DNA of 64,000 bases from NCBI GenBank assembly GCA_001179505.1, contig CDMY01000449.1:1-64000 (forward strand), read 5' to 3'. Below the pieces are notes generated by a model. The model saw only the letters and a program-made list of their open reading frames with translations. It did no database searches and had not been told where the DNA came from. A program made the position numbers and the translations under genes. Below, in pieces: positions 13,731-25,867 of the stretch (position 1 is its first letter; each line of letters begins with the position of its first letter). Source of the stretch: Vitrella brassicaformis CCMP3155. Taxonomy: Eukaryota; Protista; Chromerida.

Positions 13731-14220
13731 CGATCGGCCCGAGGGGTTTGGTGGACGCGCGTTGAGCAAACCATGACGTGGACCGCGCGCGACGGGCTGC
13801 TGTTGCTTGCCTGTGATTGCTTCGACGTTAGTGAGTGAGTGAGTGAGTATCAAGGTCCTTGTCCCTTCTGCTTGACTCATATGTGTTTATGTGGATACGT
13901 ACGATGTGACGTCAATTCGAGCTGTACTATGCGGATGTCCTCTTCCTTTGATGTGGCTTGCTTGTGTGTGTGATGGATGGGTCGCGACGAATGGATGGAT
14001 CCATCATTGCAATGGACGAACCAAAGGTGTCCGTGTCGTATTCCCAACACTCCACATGGAGCGAATGAGTCGTTATGGCCATCAGAGTGACAAAGGCAAA
14101 CACAAACCATCACAGAAAAGCCCACCACACACACGCTGCACCCGTCCACTCATCGCCGATGGACCGATCGATCAATCTGCACATCAAACAGCCGACAGCC
14201 GACCCGCCATGTGTCCTTGG

Positions 14221-17200
14221 TCACCCTGCAGCTGTTGCCTGCCTGTCTGTCTGTCTGCCTCCTTGGTGTGTTGGTTGGTCACGTACGTACGTACCGTTTT
14301 GGACGAATCTGTACTCGCATAGTGGGCACTCGTAGAGGACCGTCATGCCCTCATCCATCCCGCGACACTGACCGACCGACCAGTCAAGGAAGGACATCAC
14401 ATCACATTCATCCATCCATCAGTGCATCCGTCGATGCGTGGAATATATGCGCCTGTCTCTGTGTGTGTGTGTGTGTGTCTGCATACGCACCTGTTTGGTG
14501 GCGAATCGCATGCGGGGATGGCCGCACCTCGGGCACTCCTCACAGATCTGACCCACACACAACACAACACAACACAACACAGCACAACACAACACACGGT
14601 GCAGCGCATCAGTCCCTCCCTCCCCTGCCTCCCTCTTTGCTCTCTGTGCCACTTCCCCAGATGGCTTGCTTACGTATCTGTATTGTTCGTATTTGTCGTC
14701 GATGATGAATGGGTGTGAGAGTATGGGGTAGGAGAGGCCTCTGCAGAGCGTCACGGGGCAGGCCGGGTGGCCCCACTCGCGCCACCTCCTCCAGTACTCG
14801 GGCATGTACATCCACTCCTCCTCGATTACGTGAGGCGCACACGTCACCGACTGCTGACCCCAATACTCGTCAACCTACACACACACACACACACACACCA
14901 ATCCATCCATCCATCCATGTGTCTGTCTGTCTGTCTGTCTGTTGTACTGTGGTTCTTTCTCTACCTCTGGAGGGGCGTCGCGCATCTGTGCGCGGCCCCG
15001 GTCCTTCTCGTCGTTGACCAGAAAGTCGGTTTGGGCCTTGACGTGCTGCCGCCCCCCACCGGTGCCCTTCTTCTTCCGCTCCCCCTCCTCCTTGTAAAAA
15101 CGCGGGTAACTCGCACGCTGCGTCCGCCTCTGCCGCCTCACAGGCCTCCCCCCGCCCACCTCCTCTGTGTCGGCCATGTGTCCGTCCAGCTCACGCAGGA
15201 CCTTCCTCTGTGCCATGGCAGTGAAGGCGCCCGTCCTGAAGTACTCATTGCGGCGGACGGCGTACTCTGCCTTGGAGATCTTGGGTGGGTAGTCGGGGCT
15301 GTAGGTGGGGCCCTTGAACCGCTCCCCCCGCCACTTGTGCACGTCGGGGTGCTGCCCGTCGACGGTGGCATAAATGGGGCCCGGGTTGGTCACCACGTGG
15401 TAGGCCGTCCTCGGCCGAGGAGGGATGAACTTGGGCTTGTCGTCGTCCTCGGGCGGCTGCCGGGCGGGGTCCAGGTCAGGGTGAGGCAGGTCATCCAGCG
15501 GGTCGTCAAACGGCACGCCCACCACCTTGCCCCACAGAGGGTGGTGCTTCACGCTTTCTGGATTGGCCTTCTTGCGCCGCTGGAACTTGGTCATGCTCTT
15601 GAGGTGCGCTGGGGTCTCGTTCTTCTTCCGCTCGGCCGTGTCTTTCTCCCCCTGGTCCCAGCGCCACTGGTAGCCGCTGTTCCAGGCCATCTGCCAGGGC
15701 AGCCAGCTGCCGGCGTACCCATTGCAGTCGTCGTATCCTTTGCACGTCTGCACGCCGCTATAGAGGTCCCGCTCGGTTAGTGCCTTGTCCTCCTTCTCAC
15801 TCAGCGACTGCCGCACCGTCACGCGCGTGTTCTGCTTGAACTGCAGCAGGTCCTCGGTCGTGTAGGCGGTGCCGGGGTAGCCTGTGATGATCTGCCGGTC
15901 CTTGGGCAGCTTGCGGTCGGAGGGAGGGGGCGGAAGGGGCACCAGGTCGTCGGCGTATGGGCTCGGGTCGAACCCCCGCTCCCGGGCGTCGCCCTTGACC
16001 ACACTGGCGGTCCTCTCCATCTTGCGGCGAAAGTTCTGGTTGTCCACGTACCGCCGCTGCACCTCAGCCTTGTCGCCGTGCACCGCCCAAGGGCCCCTCC
16101 ACTCGTCCCTGTGCCACCGCGGCTTCCCCACCTTATTCTCGTACTTTTGACCGTCGATGGCCACCAGTCCGGCGCAGTACTGTGTGGGGCGCTTGACGCC
16201 GCGCTTGGCGGTGGGCGGGTTGGGTGGGATGAACTCGTAGTCGCTGATGTCGTCGGGCGATGAGTGCTCCTGACAGGGGACGAACAAGTCGCCGCCGTAG
16301 CCGTGTTTGGTGATGAGGGCCAGCTGGTCGGGCGGGCCGTCCTTGAAGACGTACTTGGCCACGCTCGGACTCATGCAGTGACGCTGGATGTCCTCCTCCT
16401 GGCCCCGCTGCTGATGGTCCAACTCGTCCAGCTCTTCCTTCTGCTCGCCCTCGCCCGCACCCTCACCCTCTTGCTGCTGCTCTGCCGTCTCGACTTCGCC
16501 CGCGGCCTCTGCAGGCTCGGGAGCAGCCATCTGCCGCTGGTCCTCGACGCTCGAATCCTCCTTTGTGGCCTCCCGCACAGCAGCGTCGAGCATCTCGTCG
16601 GTAAGGATGGGGAGACCCTCGAGCGAGACCTCTTCACTGCCCTCCTCTTGCTTGACCACAGGCATCTCAGGCACCTCAGGCACCTCAGGGGCGGGTGCAG
16701 GAGTAGCAGCTGCTGCTGGTGCAGCGGGAGCAGCCGACTGTGGTGGTTGCTGGGGCGGTGGTGGTGGCTGCTGTGGCGGCCAGGGGCCTGCCGGTGGCTG
16801 GGATGGCTCTGATGGTTGTTGGGGTGGCTGGGCAGGCTGCTGCAGGGGCTGGGGAGGCAGTGGCAAAAGTGACGGGCCAGCAGGTGGCTGTGGGTGGGGC
16901 TGGGGCTGCTCGCCCTCCTCCATGGGCTCTTGCTTGATGACTGGTGGTTGCTGGGGCGGTGGCTGCTGGCCCTCTTGCAGGAGGTAGTGCATCCAGCCCT
17001 TCTGGGGGTCGAAGCCCTCCTCCAGACTCGTGAGCAGACTCTCGCTCATCGTCGGCCAGATCTGCACCTCCTCGGGCATGGGCTGCGCAGCCCCCTCCCC
17101 GCTATCGCCCTCGGGCGGCTCGGACGACGAACTGCTGCTACCGCTGCTGCTGCTGCCACTGCTGCTGCTGCTGCTGCTGCTGCTCTCCTCTTCCTCCACA

Positions 17201-19098
17201 CCCCGGCCACTGCCGTTGCCACTGCCGAGTTCTTGGCCGTGCTCGGCCTGCTCCTGGCCCTCCTCTGCCCCTCCCTCTTGCTCGTCCTCCTCTTCCTGTT
17301 CGCTGCCCTGTTCCGCAGCCATGGCTGCCCTCTGTCGGTCTCTGTCGGCGAGTCTGTTGTCGATGCAGCCATAGGTGTCGCCGTACCAGCGTGGCATGTA
17401 GTCGGGGTAGGCGTAGCGGAACTTGTCCTTGAACCAGTCGCTCTTCTTCATCCTCCCCTCCTGCAGGAAGCTCTGCCGCACGACCTCCTCCTTCTCCTCG
17501 CCATCTTCGAAGAAGCCCAGCCCCGCCATCATGTGGTAGCACCAGCGGTTGGTGCCCTCGATGCAGCCGTCCATGTCCCACATGATCCGCAGAGGGTCGG
17601 CGTTGGTGTTGTAGGGTCTGGAGGGAGGGGGGTAGGGGGCGGGGAGGGGCGTGTTGCGCGGCGCCATGGGGCCCAGGTGGGGCCACACCACGCGGGTGGT
17701 CCGGCACACGTGGCACTCGTGCGACATGAAGTTCTGGGCGTTGCTGAGGGTGCACTTGAAGGGCTGGATGGAGCTGCCGCACCGACAACCTGACCAACCG
17801 ACGACACGCACACGCACACACAGGTGAATGGTGCATCCATCCCTTCCGTGTGTTTGTGTGTGAGTGTCCCCTCAGCTCACTCACATTGGTATTCCTTGTA
17901 GGCCTGTCGCCAGGAGCCCCAGTTGGCGAACTGGCAGAGCGGGTGGAGGAGCTTGACGGAGTTGTCATCCATCCTGCCGTCGAGCTCGAAGTCCGAGGGC
18001 AGCTCGTCCTCGTTTTTCTTCCTCTTCTTGCGCGCCCTCCTCTCGGCCTTCCACTCGCGGTCCTCCTCACTGTCGGTATTCCACGGATCTGTCATGGCGA
18101 TGTCGGTCTCGACGTCCTCGGCCCTGACCTTGGAGTCCCAGAAGGGCTCGTCGTGCATCTCGAAGTCGGAAAAGTCGGGCTCGCGCGATATGTCGCTCTG
18201 CACGTCGTTGGCCTCGTTGGTGTGGCCCGAGTCGGCGTTGGTGAAGCCGGCCTGCCCGGTGAACATGACCATGTCGTGGTACGGCATATCAGCGCCTGAT
18301 GGACAGACAGAGAGGGGAGAGGTGAGAGAAGGACGGCTGTGTGTGTGTGTGTGTGTGTGGTGAGCACTTACAGGCGTATGCGCCTTCAGGGAATGACCAG
18401 TAGGAGTCGTTGTGAGTGCTGAACCAGTCGACCATCTCGGGGTACCATTCCGGGTTCCAGTAGTCCATCTCCCTCTTGCCGTCCGTACGAGTGTCCACGT
18501 AGCTCCTGATGCACGTCCAGGCGTACTCGTAGATGCACCGCCAGTGCTGGTGCCACTGCTCGATCATCCGGGGGTCCATGAACCCCACGCCCGTGCAGCG
18601 CGCCGGCTGGCAGAGCTTCTTGTCGATGAAGATCTTCTTAAGCCACTTGGTGCGCTCCATGCGCTTGGCCATCATCCTCTCGTACTCCTCCTTGACCTTG
18701 GGCAGCCGGGCCATCATCTGGTCGGTCTTGTCGCGCTTGGGGCGGTAGAGCAGGAAGCAGAGCTCCTCCCACAGCCCGTGGATGGCGTACGGCGTCCGCT
18801 CGTGGCCGCCCGGCTTGGTGTCGTCCCAGTACTCGTCGTAGAGGTCCTGGATCCACCCCGGCCGCACCCCGTAGTGCTTGAAGTTCTTGCGGAAGATGTG
18901 ACGCAGCACCTTGTCCCGCTCGAACTCACCCAGGTGCTTGACGCGCCACTCGCTCCACATCAGAGTGCCGTCCTCGTACTTGCCAAACATGTCACTCGTC
19001 GTGTCCATGCAGCCCCGGTCACCCTTGGGCGGCAGAGGCAGCCACTTGGGCCAGTCGTAACGACCCGTCTCGTAGTAGTAGAACTCCTGAGTCGTCAT
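14221..19098 (-). CDS. ~1430-aa protein with C-terminal RPA12/TFIIS-type zinc ribbon, a possible N-type ribbon and a long Q/P/E/S-rich insert
   Basis: Exons 19098-18372, 18295-17885, 17789-14965, 14874-14674, 14547-14491, 14367-14295 and 14225-14221 join in frame at canonical GT-AG sites (4299 nt). The end reads ICEECPRCGHPRMRFATKQCRGMDEGMTVLYECPLCEYRFVQNG*, matching the RPA12 C-ribbon pattern CPxCG...QxRSADEGxTVFYxCxxC. Confidence 0.7.
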
Positions 19099-19318
19099 GG
19101 TGCCGTGTGGAGGACGCACCGATGGTCAGGAGGCACCAAGGCAGATGAGATGAATGCGGACGGAGATGGATGCGATGGATCTGCCGAACTGACGGTAGAT
19201 CTGAATGGGCTAATGGTCAGTGAGTGCCCCGGTGGTCCCACAAGCGGAAAAAGAAGGGGGTGGAGAAGCTCTGGATCGCAGTGCGAGCTCAAACGAAGAG
19301 AAGTTGAAGAGCCGAAGA

Positions 19319-19491
19319 TCCGCACCAAAACCACACGCCTCGCCCGGCAGGTAAGACGCAGATCCACTGGCGACGGAAGCGCTTCATTTCGTCACCTCTC
19401 TGCCTTTCTCCATTCAGGCAGCTTCCTGCAGCAGACGTCCATCCAGGCGGCCTGCTCCTGAAAACCACAACCAACACGCATGCAGGTACCA
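19319..19491 (+). repeat. Dispersed repeat copy D (partial, 3' end of element)
   Basis: Aligns by eye with 22367-22523 and with the reverse complement of 36304-36479. Ends AACCACAACCAACACGC-ATGCAG|GTACC. Confidence 0.85.
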
Positions 19492-19747
19492 CCTTCCCAA
19501 ACACGAAAGACCTGTGGAGTGATTGGCGTCTTTCGTGGCGCTGCATGAGGTCCGGTGAGCGCTGCAGTGAGGTCAACAGACCCTCCTGACCATACGGATT
19601 TGCTAGACAATGCAGATCTGAGGCGGACTGTCGGAGGAGCGTAACTCATCGAGAGCGATAGCATAGACACGGAGGACACACCAGCTGCAGGTGAGATGGG
19701 GGCATTGACGTGAATGGGTTTGTTTCATTCATCGGGCAGGTTGGTGT

Positions 19748-20904
19748 ATGGAAATGGCGGCCTCCTCTGCCGGTGCTGGTCTTGGTGGTGATGGTGATTT
19801 GCTTGAGTGTGTGGTGTGTAAGGAGGAATACCAACCGGACGGCGACAAGGCGCCTGACCAGCTCAGATGCGGTGAACGAATGACAGCAGTGGATGGATGG
19901 CCTCACCGCCCGTCTGTGTGGCTGTGTGTACATGCTGTGTTTTCTCTCGGTACACACATTCTGTGCCAAGGTGCGTGGCTCACGCGAACCAAGACTGCAC
20001 GGCTGTCCACTGCACTGTCTGTTGTGCTGTCTTGCAGTGTGTCAGAAACCTAGTGCGCCATCACCCCTATGGTCGTCGTGCTGCCAAGTGCTCCGAGTGC
20101 AGGTAAAGACAGCCATGGAGGGGACGCCTATGGCCAGTGTGAATGGCCTCAATCCTTCCCTCTTCCTTCGTCTGTGCGTCGATCGGTCAGGGTGGAGACT
20201 GCAGAGGCTGACGTCCGTCCCAACTACTTAGCCCAGAAGGCCGTGACCTCACTGCTGGCGGTGCGCATGCAATGGGTAAGAACAATCCCACAGACAGCCC
20301 TGACGCACCATGTGCTGCCGTGCTTGTGTGTGTGTGGTTGGACAGGTGAGTCTGCCAGAGGGCACGTCGCTGACTCGGCAGGAATACTACGGCCTTGTCG
20401 GACTGATGGGGGATCACGGGGTGAAGCTGCAGTCCATCTACCGGTACGCATGCAGGCGAGACACACACCCAAATAAGCACTGTGTATGACTGTGTGTGCA
20501 TCAGGGCCTCCGTGCACGGAACCACCTACGGCGATATGCTGCGTTGTGTCGGCGACAAAAGGGGCCTGGTGTTCGTCGTCCCCAAGGGCAAGTTCAAGTA
20601 CGGCGCCTTCATCAGTGCCGGTCTGGAGCTGCCCGACGACCCCACGGACTGGAACGCCTATGACTGTGATCTGTGGCACTTCTCGCTGGCCGGCAGTTTC
20701 CCCCAGCCCACCAAGATCGACATCGACCGAGAGAAGCAGTATGTGTATGTGGCGGGGAGGGAGGGAGGGTGTCTGTCGCTGGGTCATGGCTGTGATAAAC
20801 CGACTGCCGACATCCGTGCCTGCGGTCAGCACTGCCGGATGACGGCTGGTGCGGTGGGGTACCATGCTATAGCTGATGACCTCGAGGTGCTGCATGTGTT
20901 GTAG
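19748..20904 (+). CDS. RING-finger plus TLDc-like domain protein
   Basis: Spliced CVVCKEEYQPDGDKAPDQLRCG|HTFCAK|C...CSECR fits a C3HC4 RING. The following KLQSIYR|ASVHGTTYGDMLRCVGDKRGLVFVV...KYGAFIS resembles the TLDc N-terminal motif (LLYRASxDG...FGxY). Stop at 20902-20904. Confidence 0.7.
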
Positions 20905-21324
20905 GGAATGAGGAAAGGAGATGCATCGAAGGTATGACTCGCTTCTTCACGCGTCACTCACGCCTCCACAGAGTGCGTTTTCTATGTGCAACTGCTTGTC
21001 ATGCGAGGAACGGATGGACGGATGGACTGCTGCAAGAGGGTGTCCATATCCAATTTATCCATCAATGCATTGTGTGCAATACGCATACGTCTTCCACTTG
21101 AATCGCAGTCCGTCGATTCGGATGTGACAGCACCCCCAACAGACCGAGCAGCCCCCTCTCTCACCCCATCTCTCTTCTTCCGACGTACACACGTCCAGAC
21201 CATCCACCCACCGAACTGCCAGTCAGTCACGGCAGCGGGCCGGCCGTGTTGTCTTCCAGTCCAAATCGCCTCAGCAGCTGCCGCACGGCAGCCATCGTGA
21301 GAGGGAATCGCTCATCGACAGACG

Positions 21325-22523
21325 AGCACGGCCGATCCACCACCACCTGACACACAAACAGAGGGGAAGCAACGCGATCGATCGGTCGCTGCTTGCTGCC
21401 TGCATTCTCTTGCCCTCCCTCTCTCTCTCTCTCTCTCTCGGTTGCGTGGTTCAAGTGACTGACCTGCTGCTGCCCGGTCTGTCTGTTGTTCCTCTTTAGC
21501 ATGCTGAGATTTTGGGGTCGATAAGGCAGTCGCGAGCCGACCAACTATCCGCAATTGCAAGCCATCCATCCATCCATCCATCCATCCACACGGATCAGAA
21601 AAAAGCGAGCCGCCTGCATGGATGAGCCGAGGAAACGACGGCCGAAGGGCTGAGAAGGCGCATCCGCCTCAATGCTGCAGACATGATGCGCGTGTGATTC
21701 GTTCGGGTGGCCGAGGTGTCCCCATCCTCAGTAAGTCACCAGGTAATGAAGCCGCCGTCCGTCCGCCGGTCTGTTGACGGGCACATGCTCTGCTCTCCAC
21801 ACTCCAACACACAGATACAGCCAGCCAGCCACCTGCTCAGATAGATAGACAGACAGACGGACAGACACAGGTACCAGGAGATCAATCAGCGCCGGGGCAG
21901 CCAGCCCCGGCCCTGAAGGCTATCGGAAACACCCCTGCTTGGTGCTCGATGACTGACCGATGGGTCGATCTGCCAGCCCACTTTGTCATCGTCTTGCAAT
22001 CGCGGCGGGCAGGACAGCACCTACACGAGAGAGAGGCAGACACACACAACACAGGACGGCCCATTCATCAGTTGCGCAGGAATGGACTCGCCGTCGTTCC
22101 CTTACCTTGTCTGTCAATGAGGCAGACACTTAGCGGCGTCCGTCATCCTCAATACGGCAGGTAGGCAGGCACCCGCCCGGCCGCACCGCTTTCCTCGTAT
22201 GACTCCATTCCGTCCTTTCATTTGCTTCGTTGGTCACACCTGGACACAGACACACGGACAGAGGAAAGAGGGAAACCTGTGGATCTCTCTGGTGGTCTGT
22301 TTCCGGGGACAGATCTCAGCGGATCGCGAGCTTAGCTTGCAGCGGTCGCTGCAGAAGACAGATCTCCGCACCAAAACCACACGCCTCGCCCGGCAGGTAA
22401 CACGCAGATCCACTGGCGAAGGAAGCGCTTCATTTCGTCACCTCTCTGCCTTTCTCATTCATGCAGCTTCCTTGCAGCAGACGTCCATCCAGACGGCCTG
22501 CTCATCCTGAAACCACAACCAAC
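21325..22523 (+). repeat. Dispersed repeat copy A (~1.2 kb, ungapped)
   Basis: Reverse complement of 25868-26942 and 36322-37426 on both sides of their N gaps. Confidence 0.9.
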
Positions 22524-22535
22524 GCGCACCAGGCG

Positions 22536-23225
22536 ATGCAGGATCTGCGCAAGCGCAAGAGGCTGTTGAGCGAATCGACTCGTTCGTGCCTGAAGGCGTT
22601 GCGCAAAAAAAGGCTGCTGGGGATACTGAAGGTTAAAGCGAAGAAGGTGCGGGTACGGGCAACACACACACACGCACAGAGATGCAACAGACACACCCAT
22701 GTGTTCATGTTTCAGTCGTCGCTCAAGGTTGCGGCAACCTACTGCAGCGGAGGGGAGGCGCTTGACCAGTGCGGCGGGCAACGGCAAAAGGTGAGGAAAC
22801 AGACAAGGACACGCCAACAGCGGAGCATGCATGCACACACATATGTTTCCTTTCTCCAGCTCACCTCAATGCTCATTGAACAACTGCTTGCTGCGCTGAG
22901 GGCCAAGCAGAAGGCCAAGACGCAGGAGCAGCAACGAGGTGAGGAGCCTCTCGGGCAAGTGGAGCCCACCGGCGAGACCGAGCTGCCGGTGGAGGCCACA
23001 AGGGCGCCGGGTGGCGAGGAAAGAGACGGGCAGGAGGGCGGCAAGGTCGAGAATGAGGACCTCGACGATACGAGAGCGGCGGCGCCCCTGGTGAATGTCG
23101 ATGAATTCCGGGTCTATCTGGCCCCAGGTGGTGACAGGCAGCCTGTTGAGGAGGCCAAGGCACGGCTGCGGGGGTTGCTGCAGCTGGCGGGAAAGAACGC
23201 AGGGAGGAGAGGCTGTCTTGCTTGA
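22536..23225 (+). CDS. Short multi-exon hypothetical protein (basic N-terminus, acidic C-terminus)
   Basis: MQDLRKRKRLLSESTRSCLKALRKKRLL..., two GT-AG introns with (CA)n, final exon LTSMLIEQLLAALRAKQK...GCLA*. No domain recognised. Confidence 0.45.
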   Translation: MQDLRKRKRLLSESTRSCLKALRKKRLLGILKVKAKKVRVRATHTHAQRCNRHTHVFMFQSSLKVAATYCSGGEALDQCGGQRQKVRKQTRTRQQRSMHAHTYVSFLQLTSMLIEQLLAALRAKQKAKTQEQQRGEEPLGQVEPTGETELPVEATRAPGGEERDGQEGGKVENEDLDDTRAAAPLVNVDEFRVYLAPGGDRQPVEEAKARLRGLLQLAGKNAGRRGCLA

Positions 23226-23971
23226 TGTGTAGGGGGGTTCTTTTCTTTTCCCTCTCTCTAGTTGGTGCGGATTGCACGGCAGGCAGTCATCGATGGCTGG
23301 CCGGCCGGTAGGTTGGCCGATTGCGTCTCGACACAGACAGAAAGACAGACAGACACCATAATAGGCCTGTCTGCCTGCCTGTATGTCCGTATCCATGAGT
23401 TAGCTAAGCGGTACTGAATTGAACCGTCAGTGTGTCTAATGTCTTTCTTTGCCCTGACTTGGCCCAACGTACTGACTACCACGGGCCTGATCCGACTTCA
23501 CGTAGTGCCTGCCTCGGGGATCAGCACTTGTGGATTAAGTAAGGGGCCCTTAGTGACGTGACGTCCGCTTTCCACACTGATTGATCCCCCAAGGCCCTCA
23601 CGTGCACAGGCGTCTATGTGTGTATGTGTGTATGTATGTGCTCTCATCTCCCTCCCTCCCTCCCTCCCTCCCTCACCATGGCTGTCTGCTTGTCGGTTCT
23701 CCTATCGATTCATTCGTCAAAGAAAGAGAGCACGCACCAGGAAAGCCGGACACGCGACGCGCAGATACTCGCCAGCGACGACACACTCGCCGAATGTAAG
23801 AATGCATGCATAAACCCCCCAGACACGCCATCAACCGACGGTGTGAGCGTGTGTGTGTGTGTGTGTGTGTCCGTCTCAGTGATGTGCCGGCAGCTGGTGC
23901 GAGGCCAGCGGGTGTCAGTGTGCGAAAGGCCAACCCGCTCGCCTGTGCTAAATTAAGTGGAAGAGAACTTC

Positions 23972-25866
23972 TCAGTCTGTGCATTTATGTGCATTGTTTA
24001 GCTTGGGTACACACTTGATTGATGTGCTACCATCCAGGCCCTTGACGAAGATCTGCATGAACTCCACGAGGCGCAGCATGTCATTGTCCTGGATGCCGTA
24101 GGACGCCAAGCTCCGTTCGTTCTCCGGCCCTACCAGTTCTCCAACCGTCCGTCCTCCGAACATCAGCAGCTGCTGGAAGGGCGGGGTGCCCTCACGGTGC
24201 TGTATGTCGGCCTTGACGTCCTCGATGGTGTCAGACGGGGCGACACACAGCGTAAAAACATTGCCTGGATACATACATTGCCAAAGATACAAAGACGAAC
24301 AAATGACGAGGTCACAGAGCGATTGTGTGTGTCCGACCGGATGCGGCCTTTACCAGTAAGGGCCTTGACGATGATCTGCATGGTTGGTTTGTGCTGCGCC
24401 GGACGCTGTTGCTCGTCCACAAACATCACGATCTTGGGCTTTGCTGCAGCAGGCAGTGTGCGCATCTCGCCATCGACCCGCACCTTGAAGCACCCATTGG
24501 CGGCGGCATACACAGGGAGGCCGTCGAGCAGGCCGACCGCTTTGCTGCTCGTGGTGTCGTGTGGTGTGGGCAAAGGAGTGGGCGGGGCGGCCACTGACGG
24601 ATGGTTGGTGGCGACAGGGAGAAGAACAGAGGAGGGGAGGCCACGTATCGGATTGGTGGGTCGTACGTGTCTGTGTGTCCGTCTGTGTACCTGTCAGTGA
24701 GAAGTCGTCTCCCGGCCCGCGTATGTCCTCTCGATACTTGTGGAAGACCATGCGGCAGAGGTCCTGATGTTCATTATCGTCCCTGAGAATCGCACACACG
24801 CGTCAGTGGGGGTCTTTGGGTGGTGCATGTGTGTGTGTGTATGTCTACCGTACCTAACAAGATGCACCCACAATCGCGTGGCCGATTTTTTTGCCATGCG
24901 GAGAGGCACGATGCCGTAACCATCGTAATGCGCCGGGCATCTATCATAGATCTCCGCACACAGGCACCCAGCCACAATACATGCACACACAGACGTCCAT
25001 GTATCCGTCACCCACCCGCCCACCGCTGATGAGGGTCTCGACGAGCGGCCTTTGGAAGTGCTGATATCCCAGCTCGCCGAGGGACTTGATGATGCGGGTA
25101 ATGTGCAGCTGGTGCTTCCCGCATGGGCCCCTCATGAGCAGGTAGTTGATCCTCCGGGGGTACTGCGACTCGTCGGCACGCTCGACCTCACCAGTTTCGT
25201 CACACGCCAGACGGAACCCATAAAAGTCTGAACGAAGCACACGGCCAACAGCATGGAGATGAAAGTGCGGATGTGTGTGGCAGCCCCTTCCGTGTCTGCG
25301 TGTGTGGGGTGGGGTGGGGTGGGGTGGGGGGGCTCCGCTTTGAGACTGATTGACTGACCTAGCATCATCTTGTACGCGCGTAGCACTCTGCCCCTGACCG
25401 ACTCGTTCGTCGCCATGAACTCGGCCTCAGGTTTGGTCAGAGGCGGTGCATCGCCAGCCAGGCCCTTCTCACGGATGGGAAACAGCCACTGACGGACAAC
25501 ACACACAACAAGACAGCGACCGTTCGTTGCAGTGACTGACGTGACGGGAAATGAAAATGCGTCTGTCTGTCTGTCTGTCTGTCGCACACACCTGAATGTA
25601 CCCGGACAGGTACTTCGCGAGCAGCTCGTAGTCCCCGTGACAATCCGCCAGGATGGCCTCTATCTTGGCGCCGCCGTCAGGCGTGGACGCAATGCGGTTG
25701 AGGTAGAAGTCCAATATTGTCGTCGACTGGCCATCGCGCTGGCCCGGATAGCCACGGCGGTACCTGCACCAAGACGGTAGCAGGCAGCAGCAAAGGTCGA
25801 AACAATGCCGCGCGGGAAAGGATGGCACGGCGCTGTTTGCTGTTGTCACCTGACAGTGTCGCGCAT
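23972..25866 (-). CDS. OGFr_N (opioid growth factor receptor conserved region)-like domain fused to a ubiquitin-like domain plus a truncated second Ubl
   Basis: ATG 25866, exon 25866-25850 spliced to 25763: MRDTVRYRRGYP...ILDFYLNRIASTPDG...YIQ|WLFPIREKG...VLRAYKMMLG|FYGFRLACDETGEVER...LHITRIIKSLGELGY, the OGFr_N motif series. Then MQIIVKALTG|NVFTLCVAPSDTIEDVKADIQHREGTPPFQQLLMFGG...LASYGIQDNDMLRLV and MQIFVKGLDG. Confidence 0.75.
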
Positions 25867-25867
25867 T

